A DNA stretch of 59,339 nt, counting the filler. It is 9 parts of 9 records of this genome, joined end to end, with 100 filler letters (N's around TTAATTAATTAA, not from the genome) between each part and the next. Parts side by side here need not be neighbours in the genome. Positions count along the whole stretch, not along the records: positions 53,863 to 59,339 come from SRR31156797_101775; 8 more parts are not named here. One strand, 5' to 3'. The number at the start of each line of letters is the position of its first letter. Position 1 is the stretch's first letter. The notes below the pieces were generated by a model, which saw only the letters and a program-made list of their open reading frames with translations, did not search any database and was not told the DNA's origin. The position numbers were made by a program, and so were the translations under genes. Of the stretch, positions 59,325 to 59,339 are shown one piece after another.

Positions 59325-59339
59325 GTAGGTTGGGTTAGC
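59325..59339 (+). repeat. GTAG-type REP element start (truncated at window end)
   Basis: GTAGGTTGGGTTAGC, identical to the reverse complement of 40677-40691. Confidence 0.65.

Overview
This window is not one locus. It is nine unrelated contig fragments joined by eight artificial 100-nt linkers (N-run + TTAATTAATTAA + N-run), consistent with an anoxic-sediment metagenome; taxonomic labels are inferred from gene content and composition. A (1-11482, Desulfobacterota-like): 7xLysM amidase, sphingomyelinase-like phosphoesterase, HD proteins, a permuted-papain-like protein paired with a Ser-rich lipoprotein, B12-radical SAM, dcyD, pRiA4b ORF3. B (11583-18303, archaeal, Methanosarcinales-like): fumarase/aspartase-sdhA-sdhB with no membrane anchor in view, a ferredoxin missed by the ORF track, TfoX, DUF1616. 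C (18404-23453): oxidative-type dsrBEFHCMKL. D (23554-28644, high GC): TctB/GntR/PPC, DUF4197, Zn-ribbon protein, a cassette-like ORF and a GP[DE]W tandem-repeat protein. E (28745-35404): flagellar flgD-flgE and fliLMNOP with a sigma54 promoter. F (35505-40568): RND/MMPL gene whose 3' end is duplicated around a FAD-oxidoreductase/CCG Fe-S gene pair. G (40669-46713): HdrA + HdrA-MvhD + HdrC::GltD-like fusion module with no HdrB. H (46814-53762): mtaD, methyltransferase, response regulator, beta-propeller sensor kinase. I (53863-59339): cobB, crotonase, amidohydrolase, corrinoid protein + methyltransferase. Best leads are the HdrB-less Hdr module, the direct-repeat-flanked insertion in F, the papain-like/lipoprotein pair, the archaeal anchorless Sdh/Frd operon, the GP[DE]W repeats, and a shared REP at the ends of G and I. 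No rRNA, tRNA or CRISPR array was recognised. All calls come from motif reading by eye; no database searches were run.
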